Below, in pieces: positions 48,243 through 58,929 of a stretch of DNA of 64,000 nucleotides (its first letter is position 1; every line of letters begins with the position of its first letter). A program made the translations under genes and the position numbers. The DNA is from Nitrospinaceae bacterium. GTDB taxonomy: Bacteria > Nitrospinota > Nitrospinia > Nitrospinales > Nitrospinaceae. Where the stretch lies: the NCBI GenBank assembly GCA_965237905.1, contig OZ250172.1, positions 576,001-640,000 on the forward strand, read 5' to 3'. The notes below the pieces were generated by a model that saw nothing but the letters and a program-made list of their open reading frames with translations, was not told the origin of the DNA and searched no databases.

Positions 48243-49438
48243 GGCCCCGAACCAAAAATCTGATAGACAATCGCTAACCCTGCCACAAAAGTTCCGATGA
48301 ACGACCCGAGACTGGAGAAAAAAAAGATCAGAAACACCCGGATCACGCCGTTCTTCCACCACATGGAAAAATGAGCGATGTCTTCGCGCATCGATTCAAA
48401 ATCGGCTACCTTGGGTTTCCGGATATAAGATTCCACGATGCCGACCACCATACCGGCGCCAATGGTTGGGTTGAGAGAAGTCAATGGAGCCGCCAGAAGC
48501 GCCGTCAATATCGAAACCGGATGAGCAAACGCCAACGCGGCCCCCAGGGCACTCAACCCGCCGTTGATCACGATCCATTGGAGAACCAGCTGGGTGCCCA
48601 ACTCGGGCGACCGCATGTACCCCACTCCGAACATACTGAGGATAAACAGACCGATTCCCCAGCCGACATAATACCCGGTTTTGCCGGGCGGTGGCCTTTC
48701 GTCCAGCTCCGCCATCGCTTCGGGTCCGGGGGGATTTTCAAATGCGGGCAACATTCCGACCAGATGCCCGGCACCCACCATCGCCAGAATATTTTTGGGA
48801 CCCTCGGGAGATTTTGTCATCTCAATCAATTTTCCGACCATAAACTGGTCCCGCTCGTCGATCAATACTTTCTTAACAGACGGCAGAGTTTCCCCGAACT
48901 CCTCGACCAGGGAATGAAGCATATCCCCTTCTTTGAGTTCTTCAATCTGCTGTTCGGTGACTTCCTCACCGACAAAGATACTGGCGATGAGACTGGAAAA
49001 CAGTTTGAGCTTCTGCCAAAAAGAAACCTCCCGGTATATGCGTTGCAGGGTGGTGGTGATATCCCGGTCGATCACCTCCAACGGCAGATTGTATTCGGTA
49101 GACAGTTCAATGGCCTTCATCATTTCCTGGCCCGGCTCCACACCAATTTTTTCGGCGAGACGCTTCTGGTAGGCGGAGAGGGCCAGATTCACCAGAAGCA
49201 GAGACCCCTTTCCCTGACGCAGGACCTGGTAAATATCCAGGTTCTTCCACATGGACTTTTTCACCAGATTCTGAAAACGGGGAGGACACAGTTCAATGGC
49301 TATACGATCGTATTCTCCGGTGCGGATCTTCTCTTCGACCAGATCGACACTTTTCTGGGAGACATGGGCGGTCCCCACCAGAGTGATGGCGGCGCCGTTG
49401 ACTTGAACTGTTTTGACAATATCCTGGGTGGCTTCCAC
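48239..49438 (-). CDS. TraB/GumN (pheromone shutdown-like) family protein
   Basis: LVGTAHVS, PGQEM, IDRDI..TL, LIDERD, VGAGH, PLTSLNP. Confidence 0.9.
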   Translation of the reverse strand: MEATQDIVKTVQVNGAAITLVGTAHVSQKSVDLVEEKIRTGEYDRIAIELCPPRFQNLVKKSMWKNLDIYQVLRQGKGSLLLVNLALSAYQKRLAEKIGVEPGQEMMKAIELSTEYNLPLEVIDRDITTTLQRIYREVSFWQKLKLFSSLIASIFVGEEVTEQQIEELKEGDMLHSLVEEFGETLPSVKKVLIDERDQFMVGKLIEMTKSPEGPKNILAMVGAGHLVGMLPAFENPPGPEAMAELDERPPPGKTGYYVGWGIGLFILSMFGVGYMRSPELGTQLVLQWIVINGGLSALGAALAFAHPVSILTALLAAPLTSLNPTIGAGMVVGIVESYIRKPKVADFESMREDIAHFSMWWKNGVIRVFLIFFFSSLGSFIGTFVAGLAIVYQIFGSGP

Positions 49439-49644
49439 AAATTCCTTTCTTGACCCGGCAGGGAGTATCGTAAACTATGCGAGGGTGCGCTCGATGAATC
49501 CCACCGCCCTCAGGGAGGGCCGTTATTCCATCGCAAGGCAAAAGCCTGACGAAATGGCGGGGAACAGCTATAAGGGTTCTGGCTGTTTACAGCCTTCTAA
49601 TGTAACATAACCTCATTTTTGTTCACAAGGACCATTACCCGGCA

Positions 49645-51636
49645 ATGCAACCGTTCAAACTGGTATCCGATTACAAACCCTCAGGGGATCAGCCCCAGGC
49701 GATTGAAGCTCTGGTAAAGGGCTTCGAAAAGCCCAACGGAGTCCACCAGACTCTGCTGGGGGTGACCGGCTCGGGCAAGACCTATGCGGTGGCCAATGTC
49801 GTCGAGCAACTTCAGTGCCCCACCCTGGTGCTGGCTCATAACAAGACATTGGCGGCGCAGTTGTACAACGAATTCAAAACTTTTTTTCCGGATAACGCGA
49901 TCGGCTACTTCGTCAGTTATTACGATTACTACCAGCCGGAAGCGTATATGCCCACCACCGATACCTATATTGAAAAAGACGCATCCATCAATGACGAAAT
50001 CGACAAAATGCGCCACGCCGCCACCCATGCCCTGTTCGAACGGCGGGATGTGCTGATCGTCGCCAGCGTTTCCTGTATCTACGGCTTGGGTTCCCCGGAA
50101 GCTTACCACGGCATGCTGTTGTTTCTGGAACCAGGAATGACGCTCGAACGAGACCAGGTGTTGCGTAAACTGGTGGACATCCAATACAAGCGCAACGATC
50201 TCGATTTCCAGCGGGGAACCTTCCGGGCGCGGGGAGACGTGGTGGAAATACTCCCCGTTTACGAGCGCAATGAAGCAATCCGCATCGAGTTTTTCGGCGA
50301 CGAAATTGAAAAGCTCACCTGCTTCGATCCGATCACGCTGAAAACCTTGCGCACCCTGGAACGTATCGCCATCTACCCCGCCAGCCACTACACCACCCCA
50401 AAAGACAAATTGGAGGCGGCGATTGAGAGCATTCAGGAAGAATTGAAGGAACGCATTCAGTATTTTCGAAGCCAGAGCCAGTTGATCGAGGCTCAGCGTA
50501 TCGAGCAACGCACGATGTTCGACCTGGAAATGATTCGCGAGATCGGCTACTGCCAGGGCGTCGAGAACTATTCGCGCCATTTGATGGGTCGGGAGCCGGG
50601 AAGCCCACCCCCGACTCTACTGGATTATTTTCCCGACGACGCCCTGTTCGTCATCGATGAAAGCCATGTCACCTTTCCGCAACTGAACGGTATGTACAAA
50701 GGCGACCGCGCACGGAAGGAAACGCTGATCCGTTACGGCTTCCGCCTACCCTCGGCATTCGACAACCGGCCGTTGATGTTTTCCGAATTTGAAGGCCGGA
50801 CCAACAACCGGTTTTACGTCTCCGCCACACCGGGCAAATATGAAATCGAACAATCCGCGGGCCAAGTCACCGAAATGATCGTCCGACCGACGGGCCTGGT
50901 GGACCCTGAAATCGAGGTGCGGCCGGTAACGGGTCAAGTGGACGATCTCTACAACGAAATCCAAAAACGCACCGAACAAAACCAACGGACGCTGATCACC
51001 ACCCTGACCAAACGATTTGCGGAAGACTTGACCGAGCATTTCACGGAAATGGGATTGAAGGTGAAGTACCTGCATTCCGACATCGTGACCATCGAGCGAA
51101 TGGAGATCATCCGGGAATTGCGGCTGGGCGAATTTGATGCGTTGATCGGGATTAATTTGTTACGGGAAGGGCTGGACATTCCCGAGGTGTCCCTGATCGC
51201 GATTCTCGACGCGGACAAGGAAGGGTTTTTGCGTTCCAGCACATCATTGATTCAGACTTCCGGTAGAGCCGCGCGACATCTTGACGGTCACGTCATCATG
51301 TATGGCGACACCGTCACCCCCAGCATGCAAAGTGCCCTTGACGAAACCGAGAGACGTCGGAAAATTCAAACGGAGTACAATAAAGCCCATAACATCACTC
51401 CTGTCTCTATCAAAAAATCGATCCAGGAATCGCTGATGGGTCTGGAAAAATTCTCCATGGCTCCTGTGGTCCAGGAGGAAGAAGAGGACTATTTGCCGGA
51501 AGGAAATATCGTCGGCCTGGCAACCCGGCTGGAGAAACAAATGCACGCCGCCGCCAAAGCTCTGGAGTTCGAACGCGCGGCTCAATTGCGGGACCGGATC
51601 AAACGGTTACGCGAAAAGGATCTGGGAATTATCTAG
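49645..51636 (+). CDS. uvrB: Excinuclease ABC subunit B
   Basis: [32 protein letters not shown]-terminal UVR domain. Confidence 0.98.
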   Translation: MQPFKLVSDYKPSGDQPQAIEALVKGFEKPNGVHQTLLGVTGSGKTYAVANVVEQLQCPTLVLAHNKTLAAQLYNEFKTFFPDNAIGYFVSYYDYYQPEAYMPTTDTYIEKDASINDEIDKMRHAATHALFERRDVLIVASVSCIYGLGSPEAYHGMLLFLEPGMTLERDQVLRKLVDIQYKRNDLDFQRGTFRARGDVVEILPVYERNEAIRIEFFGDEIEKLTCFDPITLKTLRTLERIAIYPASHYTTPKDKLEAAIESIQEELKERIQYFRSQSQLIEAQRIEQRTMFDLEMIREIGYCQGVENYSRHLMGREPGSPPPTLLDYFPDDALFVIDESHVTFPQLNGMYKGDRARKETLIRYGFRLPSAFDNRPLMFSEFEGRTNNRFYVSATPGKYEIEQSAGQVTEMIVRPTGLVDPEIEVRPVTGQVDDLYNEIQKRTEQNQRTLITTLTKRFAEDLTEHFTEMGLKVKYLHSDIVTIERMEIIRELRLGEFDALIGINLLREGLDIPEVSLIAILDADKEGFLRSSTSLIQTSGRAARHLDGHVIMYGDTVTPSMQSALDETERRRKIQTEYNKAHNITPVSIKKSIQESLMGLEKFSMAPVVQEEEEDYLPEGNIVGLATRLEKQMHAAAKALEFERAAQLRDRIKRLREKDLGII

Positions 51637-52294
51637 AGGACCGGAACCGGTCGGCACGCCGCCGCTCGCCCATACGCGTTCCCATGAATTCGCGCAGAAT
51701 TTTGTCATGCTCCGGGGAAAGCTTGGAAAATTCCAGTCCGGTGACGAACGGTTCACTTTTGCTGCCAGGGTTCTTGCGGACATTGCGCACCTGGGCTTTC
51801 ACATTGGATAATTCCCCGAAAGTAAGATTGACGGTGAGGCGAAGGTCATCCCCTTTGGTCAGCCGTTGGGAATGGGTGACCAGGGCTCCGGAAAGGCTCA
51901 GGTCGCGGATGGTTCCGGTCAATGTCGTTTCCGAGGCTCCGCCTTCAACAGAAAATGAAAACGGGAAATTGGCCTTGTGCCGATTGTTCTTCCTCATCTT
52001 ATAACTGGTAAAGCTTTTTGGATATTCCAGCACCATGAGACGGACCGGTTGCGCTACGGCATACAACACCAATGTTTTGAAATCGAAATAAGTCCCATCA
52101 GAAGTAAAACTCAGGCTACACCCGGTGAGTGGAGCAACCTTGACAAAATCTCCCTGGAAATGTGGATAGTCCACAATGAGGTATTCGTCTTCCACCCAAC
52201 CTCGAAGAGCGACCGGGTATTTCTCACCCCGTAGGGTGGCCTTGACCTTCTTGCCCAAGGACAGATGCAACCCTGTTTTGGTAACCGTTTTCAT
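51629..52294 (-). CDS. PilZ-domain (YcgR-like) c-di-GMP receptor
   Basis: RKNNR (RxxxR) and DLSLSG (DxSxxG). Confidence 0.85.
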   Translation of the reverse strand: MKTVTKTGLHLSLGKKVKATLRGEKYPVALRGWVEDEYLIVDYPHFQGDFVKVAPLTGCSLSFTSDGTYFDFKTLVLYAVAQPVRLMVLEYPKSFTSYKMRKNNRHKANFPFSFSVEGGASETTLTGTIRDLSLSGALVTHSQRLTKGDDLRLTVNLTFGELSNVKAQVRNVRKNPGSKSEPFVTGLEFSKLSPEHDKILREFMGTRMGERRRADRFRSSR

Positions 52295-52408
52295 GTCAAC
52301 CCGCCTTCAGTTCTAATGATAATACTGCATGTCTACAAAATCGGCAGAAACAGGTGATTATCTTTAGTTTTTTAAACGATCCGGGGCATTTTATTTTAAG
52401 TAATGGTG

Positions 52409-54286
52409 TTATGTCCCGCTACCCGGCGTTTTCCGGGTTTCTTCTTCGGAAGGAATCTGGGGGTAGTATTTATTGTAAGCTTGAATGATCTGGCGGACGA
52501 TAGGAGCCGCCGCAGAGCCACCATGCCCGCCATGTTCCACAATGACCGCCACCGCGATTTCAGGATTCTCAAATGGCGCATACCCGACGAACCAGGCATG
52601 ATCGCGATGTTGGTAAGGAATCTCGTCCTCCTTACTCTTAGGGCCCTTCTTCAGGCGTACCACCTGGGCGGTGCCGGTTTTCCCGGCCACCTTTATTTGT
52701 TTCAAACGGGCTCGCCAGCCTGTTCCCCGCTTTTCATTGACCACTCCAAAAAGACCCTTTTGTATTATGGAAAAGGTATCGGGACGACTCTCCAGCCTTT
52801 TCTCGATGCTGGGAAAAACCTCTTTGATCACCCGGCCGTCCTTATCCTTGATCTGCCGCACCAGGTACGGTTTCAGCACCATTCCGCCGTTGGCTACAGT
52901 CGCTAACAATCGTGCCTGCTGAATGGGAGTCACCAAATTGAATCCCTGCCCGATGGATGCGGAAATAGTCTCTCCGGCCAACCATTCTTCCCCTCGGGCT
53001 TTTAACTTCCACTCCTTGGTCGGGACCAAACCCGGTTTTTCGCCGATCAAGTTGACTCGGGTCAGGCTTCCCATTCCCAGCATTTTAGCGTAACGAGCCA
53101 ACGTATCGATTCCCAACCTGTGGCCGACGGTATAAAAGTAAACATCGCAGGACTGGACCAGGGCGTCATGCAGATCAACCTCTCCATGTCCTCCTCGCCT
53201 CCAACAGCGATACGCTCTCCGGCCCAGCCGATAGTATCCGGGGCAGAACACCGTGTCTTCCGGATTCACTGCTTGTTCCTCCAAAGCCGCATAAGCGGCG
53301 ACAATTTTGTAGACGGATCCGGGTGGATACTGGCCGTCGATTGCCTTGTTCTGTAGTGGGTGTTGTGTATTAAAAATGAGCTTGCGCCATTCTGCAACTG
53401 AAATGCCTGCGGAAAACAGATTGGGATCGAACGAGGGTTTACTGGTCATGGCGAGGATTTCACCGGTCTGCACTTTTATTACGACGGCGGAACCGTTAAT
53501 CGGATTTTCTTCCGTTCCAGTCATCATTTCTTCAACCACCTGTTGAATTCTCAAATCCAGAGTCAACTGCAAATGATTTCCACTTTGAGGAGGACTCTTT
53601 CTCAAAACAGCCAGCTCCCGGCCCAAAACGTCAACCTCGACTTCCTTATATCCTTTGCTCCCTTGCATTTCCTGCTCGAACAAAAACTCGATCCCCTCTT
53701 TACCGACGATGTCCCCCATCCGGTATCCGGCTTCTCCCTTCATCAATTTGTCTTTGTTGATCTCTCCCAAATAGCCTAAAAGGTGAGCGGCAAGTTCCTT
53801 GTAATGATAATCCCTCAAAGGTTCGACTTTCAGATGAATCCCGCCCAACAACCGGTTGTTCTCTTCGACGAAGGCCACCTGATCCCTTTGGATATCCGCT
53901 TTGACAAGAACATCCAGAAACGGTTGAGATTGCCGTATATCGTTTTTTACCTTTTGGACGTCAAAATCAATTTTTTCCTTCAAGGTATTCAGCGTTTCAC
54001 CCAGGTCTTGAACATCCTCCGGAGTGATGTATAAATTGAAGGAAGGGCGAATGGAAGCCAGCGTCACTCCATTACGGTCTGTGATTTCGCCGCGGTAGGA
54101 GGGCAGAGAAATCAGGCGCACCCGATTGTTTTCCGACAACCCCATAAAGTCGGATCCCTTCAAGACCTGCAGATACCAAACCCGTAATAACAGGACCAGA
54201 AAACTGATAGCCACCAAAAGTACGAATATTTTTATTTTTTTTCGTACGTCATCAGAAAAATCACGGGTATAACGTTCGGTACTCAC
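52409..54286 (-). CDS. mrdA: Penicillin-binding protein 2
   Basis: PGSVYK, SCD, KTGTAQ; follows mreD. Confidence 0.95.
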   Translation of the reverse strand: MSTERYTRDFSDDVRKKIKIFVLLVAISFLVLLLRVWYLQVLKGSDFMGLSENNRVRLISLPSYRGEITDRNGVTLASIRPSFNLYITPEDVQDLGETLNTLKEKIDFDVQKVKNDIRQSQPFLDVLVKADIQRDQVAFVEENNRLLGGIHLKVEPLRDYHYKELAAHLLGYLGEINKDKLMKGEAGYRMGDIVGKEGIEFLFEQEMQGSKGYKEVEVDVLGRELAVLRKSPPQSGNHLQLTLDLRIQQVVEEMMTGTEENPINGSAVVIKVQTGEILAMTSKPSFDPNLFSAGISVAEWRKLIFNTQHPLQNKAIDGQYPPGSVYKIVAAYAALEEQAVNPEDTVFCPGYYRLGRRAYRCWRRGGHGEVDLHDALVQSCDVYFYTVGHRLGIDTLARYAKMLGMGSLTRVNLIGEKPGLVPTKEWKLKARGEEWLAGETISASIGQGFNLVTPIQQARLLATVANGGMVLKPYLVRQIKDKDGRVIKEVFPSIEKRLESRPDTFSIIQKGLFGVVNEKRGTGWRARLKQIKVAGKTGTAQVVRLKKGPKSKEDEIPYQHRDHAWFVGYAPFENPEIAVAVIVEHGGHGGSAAAPIVRQIIQAYNKYYPQIPSEEETRKTPGSGT

Positions 54287-54798
54287 TGTCTGAAACCCTC
54301 CAGCGAGGGAAATTTACGGAGTACCCATTGTTTGCTCCAGTTTATAAAAAAGAACAAAATGGGCCCGACCAACGCATTGTACATGGCGTAAATGAGGAGC
54401 GTTTTGAATAGAAAACTAAACGGAATTGGGGCCTTGAGAAGTGTGGTCATAGTCAAATAATACACCAAACCATCGAAGAAAGAGGCGGCGAGCAAAATCA
54501 CGGAGATGGGAACAAACCCGACCACCATCAGTTTATCCTTCAGGGTGGAAAAGGTGAATCCAATAACGCTTTTGGATAGTGTATTGACTCCCAGCAGACT
54601 TCCGGAAAGACAATCCTGGACGAAACCGATAGCAAACCCCACCCAGATTCCCCGGTCCCCTTTAAGAAGGACACCGCAATAAACCGTCAGAATCAGAGCC
54701 AGATCCAGAGTCATTCCGCCCACGGAAAAATGACTCATCAGACTGGTCTGAAGAGAAAACAGGAGAATGAAGACTACTGTAAAAATACCAATAATCAT
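54283..54798 (-). CDS. mreD: Rod shape-determining protein MreD
   Basis: Hydrophobic, GFVQD..SG..LG motif; position in operon. Confidence 0.88.
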   Translation of the reverse strand: MIIGIFTVVFILLFSLQTSLMSHFSVGGMTLDLALILTVYCGVLLKGDRGIWVGFAIGFVQDCLSGSLLGVNTLSKSVIGFTFSTLKDKLMVVGFVPISVILLAASFFDGLVYYLTMTTLLKAPIPFSFLFKTLLIYAMYNALVGPILFFFINWSKQWVLRKFPSLEGFRQ

Positions 54799-54812
54799 GT
54801 TCGCAACTCATC

Positions 54813-55628
54813 TCACGACAAAAGAACCAAAACTTCCTCCAAGCGCCCAAAATCCGCGCTGGGAGCGATGCTGATTTCCTGAAACAGTCCCTGGGTTGCT
54901 TTGGTTATACTGATAACGGTCCCCATCACCAATCCTTTGGGATAGACGCCTCCCAATCCGGAAGAAATAATTTGGTCGCCCACATTGACCTCGGCGGTGA
55001 TGGGCACGTATTTCATTTCACAAAACTCCATTCCCGTTCCGACGACGATTCCAGCAACGCGGTCATGACTGAACAGGGTATCCACGGAACTCCGACCATC
55101 CACGATGAGCATGACCTTGGAGGTATTCAGTCCGGCTTGGATCACATGGCCCACGACGCCTGCATTGGTGACCACTGCCAGATTTTCCTTGATCCCGTCC
55201 TGGGTGCCTTTGTTGATGAAGACGACCCGAGCCCACTGGGTGGCGTCTCGTCCTATCACTTTGGCGACGACAGATTCCAGTTGTCGCTCTTTCTGATACT
55301 CCATCAAATCGCCGACGCGGTCTCTCTGACGGAGATCTTCACTCAGCTCGTTATTCTGCCGGATCAGCTTGTCGATTTCCTGTTTGAGTTTTTCGTTTTC
55401 TTCGGAGACTTCCGCCACAAATAGATAATGGTCCACAACATCGTTGACGGAATCCAAGGTATACGTGACAAGGTTTTGAACAGGGGAAACCACCCACATC
55501 AGTACGGTCTCAACAATGTTGGGAGATTGCGACCGCTTGATGTCAAAAGTCATCAAGGCGAACGAAGCCAAAACCAGTGACACAATAATTATTATATTTT
55601 TACGACCACTGAGTCTCTTTCGCCACAC
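54813..55628 (-). CDS. mreC: Rod shape-determining protein MreC
   Basis: TM plus coiled coil, INKG..DGI, SSGLGGVYPKG. Confidence 0.93.
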   Translation of the reverse strand: MWRKRLSGRKNIIIIVSLVLASFALMTFDIKRSQSPNIVETVLMWVVSPVQNLVTYTLDSVNDVVDHYLFVAEVSEENEKLKQEIDKLIRQNNELSEDLRQRDRVGDLMEYQKERQLESVVAKVIGRDATQWARVVFINKGTQDGIKENLAVVTNAGVVGHVIQAGLNTSKVMLIVDGRSSVDTLFSHDRVAGIVVGTGMEFCEMKYVPITAEVNVGDQIISSGLGGVYPKGLVMGTVISITKATQGLFQEISIAPSADFGRLEEVLVLLS

Positions 55629-55629
55629 T

Positions 55630-56652
55630 TTAAAACGTTACTTTTTTAAGGAGTTTAGGATCTGACAGTAGTTTCCCCGCGCCCAGCACCACAGCAGAAA
55701 GGGGATCTTCCGCCAGGGTAATGGGAAGTCCGGTTGATTCCCGTAACAAAATGTCCAGACCTTTGATGAGAGAACCACCCCCGGCGACCACCACGCCTTT
55801 ATCCACAATATCCGACGCCAGCTCCGGAGGCGTTCGCTCCAAGGTGATTTTGACGGATTCAACAATCGTGCTGAATGTTTCCTGCAGGGCTTCTCGAATT
55901 TCTTCATCGGAAATGACGAGGGTTTTGGGAATACCCGCCACCAGATCCCGCCCTTTGATTTCCATGGTGATTCGCTGTTCCAGGGGATAAGCCGAACCTA
56001 TTTTGATTTTGACTTCCTCTGCAGTCCGCTCGCCGATTAAGAGATTGTATTTACGTTTCACGTAATTGACGATGGCCTCGTCCATTTCATCACCGGCGAC
56101 GCGCACCGATTTGCTGTAGACGATCCCGGACATGCAGATAATGGCGACCTCGGTGGTCCCCCCGCCGATATCGACGATCATATTTCCGGAGGCTTCCTGG
56201 ATCGGTAAATCCACGCCAAGGGCGGCGGCCATCGGTTCTTCAACCAGATACACTTCCCGGGCACCCGCTGACTCCGCAGAATCGCGCACGGCCCGTTTCT
56301 CCACCTGCGTGATGCCGGAAGGCGCGGCAATCACCACCCGCGGCCGGACCAGCGATTTGCGGTTGTTGTGGGCTTTCTGGATAAAACTGCTGATCATTTG
56401 TTGCGTGACTTCAAAATGCGCAATGACCCCGTCTTTCATCGGGCGGATGGCTTCAATACTGCCGGGAGCCCGACCCAGCATCTGCTTGGCTTCCGCCCCG
56501 ACCGCCTGCACTTCTTTGGTCTGGGTATTGATGGCCACTACAGAAGGTTCGCGCAGGCAGATTCCTTTATTTTTTACAAACACCAAGGTATTGGCGGTAC
56601 CAAGGTCAATGGCCAAATCGTCCGAAAACAAATCCCAAAAGAAGTTCAACAC
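55630..56652 (-). CDS. mreB: Rod shape-determining protein MreB
   Basis: IDLGTANT, RPMKDGVIA, EEPMAAA, DIGGGTT. Confidence 0.97.
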   Translation of the reverse strand: MLNFFWDLFSDDLAIDLGTANTLVFVKNKGICLREPSVVAINTQTKEVQAVGAEAKQMLGRAPGSIEAIRPMKDGVIAHFEVTQQMISSFIQKAHNNRKSLVRPRVVIAAPSGITQVEKRAVRDSAESAGAREVYLVEEPMAAALGVDLPIQEASGNMIVDIGGGTTEVAIICMSGIVYSKSVRVAGDEMDEAIVNYVKRKYNLLIGERTAEEVKIKIGSAYPLEQRITMEIKGRDLVAGIPKTLVISDEEIREALQETFSTIVESVKITLERTPPELASDIVDKGVVVAGGGSLIKGLDILLRESTGLPITLAEDPLSAVVLGAGKLLSDPKLLKKVTF

Positions 56653-56895
56653 AACTATTATCCTGTTGAGGTTGGTAAAGGTTTATTAACTAATTGATTT
56701 TTCTACTAATAACCTTATATCAGGGGAGTTGGAGATTTGCAAGACCCGGTGGCCCCGGGACCTCAAAAGAGGAGGTTCGGGATTGTTTTCAATGCAATAA
56801 GACTGGAATAAACAGGTTGCGAATCAATCCTTGGTGGACTAACATACCCAGTTTAAATTTTAACATCTTTTTGCAGGCCTTGGGAGTGTAAATCC

Positions 56896-58839
56896 ATGCT
56901 CAAATTCATTCGAGAGCAGTCCGATACCTGGATGATCAAAACCATCCTTTGGGGCATCGTTTTCGCCTTTGTCGCCACTATTTTCTATTCCTGGGGGGCA
57001 GGCGGCCAGATCGGGGGAGCCAATAAAACCGTTGCCACCGTTAACGGGCTGGAAATCAAAGTCAATGAGTTTGAACGCGCCTACGGCAATATCGTCAATT
57101 TTTACCGCAACCAATTTCGCGGCCAGTTTTCAGAACAAATGGCGGCACAACTCAAACTCAAGGAAAATGCCTTGGATGCCCTGATCCAGAACAGGCTCGT
57201 GCTCCTGGAAGCGGAAAAAATGAACCTGAGGGTCAGCGATCAGGAGCTGGCGGAAGGCATTTCCAAACGACCTGAATTTCAAAAAGACAGTAAATTCAGC
57301 AGTAGTCTCTATAAAAATTATCTCCGTTTCAGTCGCATCAGCGCCAAAGATTTTGAGGAAAACCAACGGAAAAGCCTTCTCCGCGAAAAACTCGAAGGGG
57401 TCATTAAAGCTTCGACGCAAGTATCGGAAAGCGAAATACAGGACGCCTATAAAAAGGAAAGCGAAAAAATAAAATTCAAATATATTGGCTTTTCGAAGGA
57501 TTACTTCAAGCCCGCCGGTCGTCCTTCGGACGAGGAAATCCAAAAGTACTTTGAATCACACAAGAGCCAATTTGAAGTATCGGAACAAATTCAGGTCCAA
57601 TACGTCAAACTGACTCCAAAAATGGTCGAAGATTCTATCGAAATTTACGAAGAAGATATCAAGGACTATTACGATACCAACCAGGCCAAGTTTCTCATCA
57701 AGAAACAATACAAAGCGAGTCATATCCTGATTAAAAATGATACTCCGCTTCCATTCGGGGAGGATTTGTCAGATGAAGAGAAGGAAAAGTTGTTAAACGA
57801 GGCCGACGAGAAAACCAAGATCAAAGCCGATGAAATCCTGAAACAAATCAAGGAAGGCGCCGATTTTGGAGAAATGGCGAAAAAACATTCCGCAGACACG
57901 GCGTCTGGTAGCAACGGCGGCAGTCTGGGGCAGTTCTCCCAGGGATTGATGATTCCTGAATTTGAAGCGGCGCTCGACCTGCTAAAACCCGGAGAGCTGG
58001 GCGGTCCCGTCAAAACCATGTTCGGCTTTCATATCATCCAGCTGGAGGAGGTGAAGGAGAAACACTGGAAACCCCTGACGGAAGTGCAGGAGGAAATCAA
58101 AAAAATACTTAAAGAAGATAAGGCGCGAAAACGCATCCGAAGAATCGCCAAAAAAATTCGAAAAGCCGCCGGAGCCGACAATAACCTGATCCGAGCCGCC
58201 CTGGAATACAAAGCCGAAACCAAAACCACCGAATTCATATCAAGAAAAGTTCACAATGTTCCCGAAATTGGGAATGTCCCCGAGTTTTTCAATACGGCAT
58301 TTTCACTGGCGGGTGAGCAATTGAGCGAACCGGTCAACACTCCGGAAGCTTCGTATTTGCTCAAAATAATAACAAGAAAAGATCCTTATATTCCGGAGCT
58401 GAATGAAGTATTGAGCGAAGTGACCCAGGGAGTTGTCGAGGAGAAAAATATATCCGCCACGGAAAGTCAATTCAAGGCCCTTGGGGAACGGTTGAAAACT
58501 GAAAAGAACCTGGAACAACTGGCTAAGAAACTCAACATGGCCGTGGAGGAAACCCCGTTCATCAATCAATCGGATTCTATTCCCGGCATCGGCAACATCC
58601 AGTCCATCAAAGACGCTGTGTTCCCTCTCAACCCAGGAGAAACTGCCACTGGAGCCAGCCGGGGAGTCTACTACTTGATCCAAATGGTGGAGCGTGACGC
58701 GGCGGCCCAGCCCGATCCGGAAAAATTAAAAAAGATCTATACCCGCCTCAAAAATGAAAAAGCCCAGGTGATTTTCCAGGAGTGGATGGAAAATGTCAAA
58801 GAGAATGCCGACATCCTGATCGACCAGACACTCCTGTAA
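56896..58839 (+). CDS. PpiD-like membrane-anchored chaperone (SurA N-domain plus parvulin)
   Basis: N-terminal TM, ASHILI, SADTAS..NGGSLG, TMFGFHII. Confidence 0.85.
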   Translation: MLKFIREQSDTWMIKTILWGIVFAFVATIFYSWGAGGQIGGANKTVATVNGLEIKVNEFERAYGNIVNFYRNQFRGQFSEQMAAQLKLKENALDALIQNRLVLLEAEKMNLRVSDQELAEGISKRPEFQKDSKFSSSLYKNYLRFSRISAKDFEENQRKSLLREKLEGVIKASTQVSESEIQDAYKKESEKIKFKYIGFSKDYFKPAGRPSDEEIQKYFESHKSQFEVSEQIQVQYVKLTPKMVEDSIEIYEEDIKDYYDTNQAKFLIKKQYKASHILIKNDTPLPFGEDLSDEEKEKLLNEADEKTKIKADEILKQIKEGADFGEMAKKHSADTASGSNGGSLGQFSQGLMIPEFEAALDLLKPGELGGPVKTMFGFHIIQLEEVKEKHWKPLTEVQEEIKKILKEDKARKRIRRIAKKIRKAAGADNNLIRAALEYKAETKTTEFISRKVHNVPEIGNVPEFFNTAFSLAGEQLSEPVNTPEASYLLKIITRKDPYIPELNEVLSEVTQGVVEEKNISATESQFKALGERLKTEKNLEQLAKKLNMAVEETPFINQSDSIPGIGNIQSIKDAVFPLNPGETATGASRGVYYLIQMVERDAAAQPDPEKLKKIYTRLKNEKAQVIFQEWMENVKENADILIDQTLL

Positions 58840-58905
58840 ATACCGGATGACAGCATAGGAATCAGAGCCAGAATCGCCCCACGCTTGCATTATAGCAGGA
58901 GTTTT

Positions 58906-58926
58906 TGGGTCCAGCGTCACGCTGGC
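58906..58926 (+). repeat. REP-like palindrome, copy 4
   Basis: TGGGTCCAGCGTCACGCTGGC between convergent genes. Confidence 0.8.
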
Positions 58927-58929
58927 TGG

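Noticed and set aside
49535..49594. GGCAAA...GAAA...GCTATAAGGG resembling a c-di-GMP-I riboswitch upstream of uvrB
   Set aside because: Imperfect stem, missing the GACGCAAA junction, and uvrB is an unlikely target; an Rfam scan would settle it
52409..56652. mreBCD-mrdA without an adjacent rodA
   Set aside because: rodA is often located elsewhere, so its absence here is uninformative
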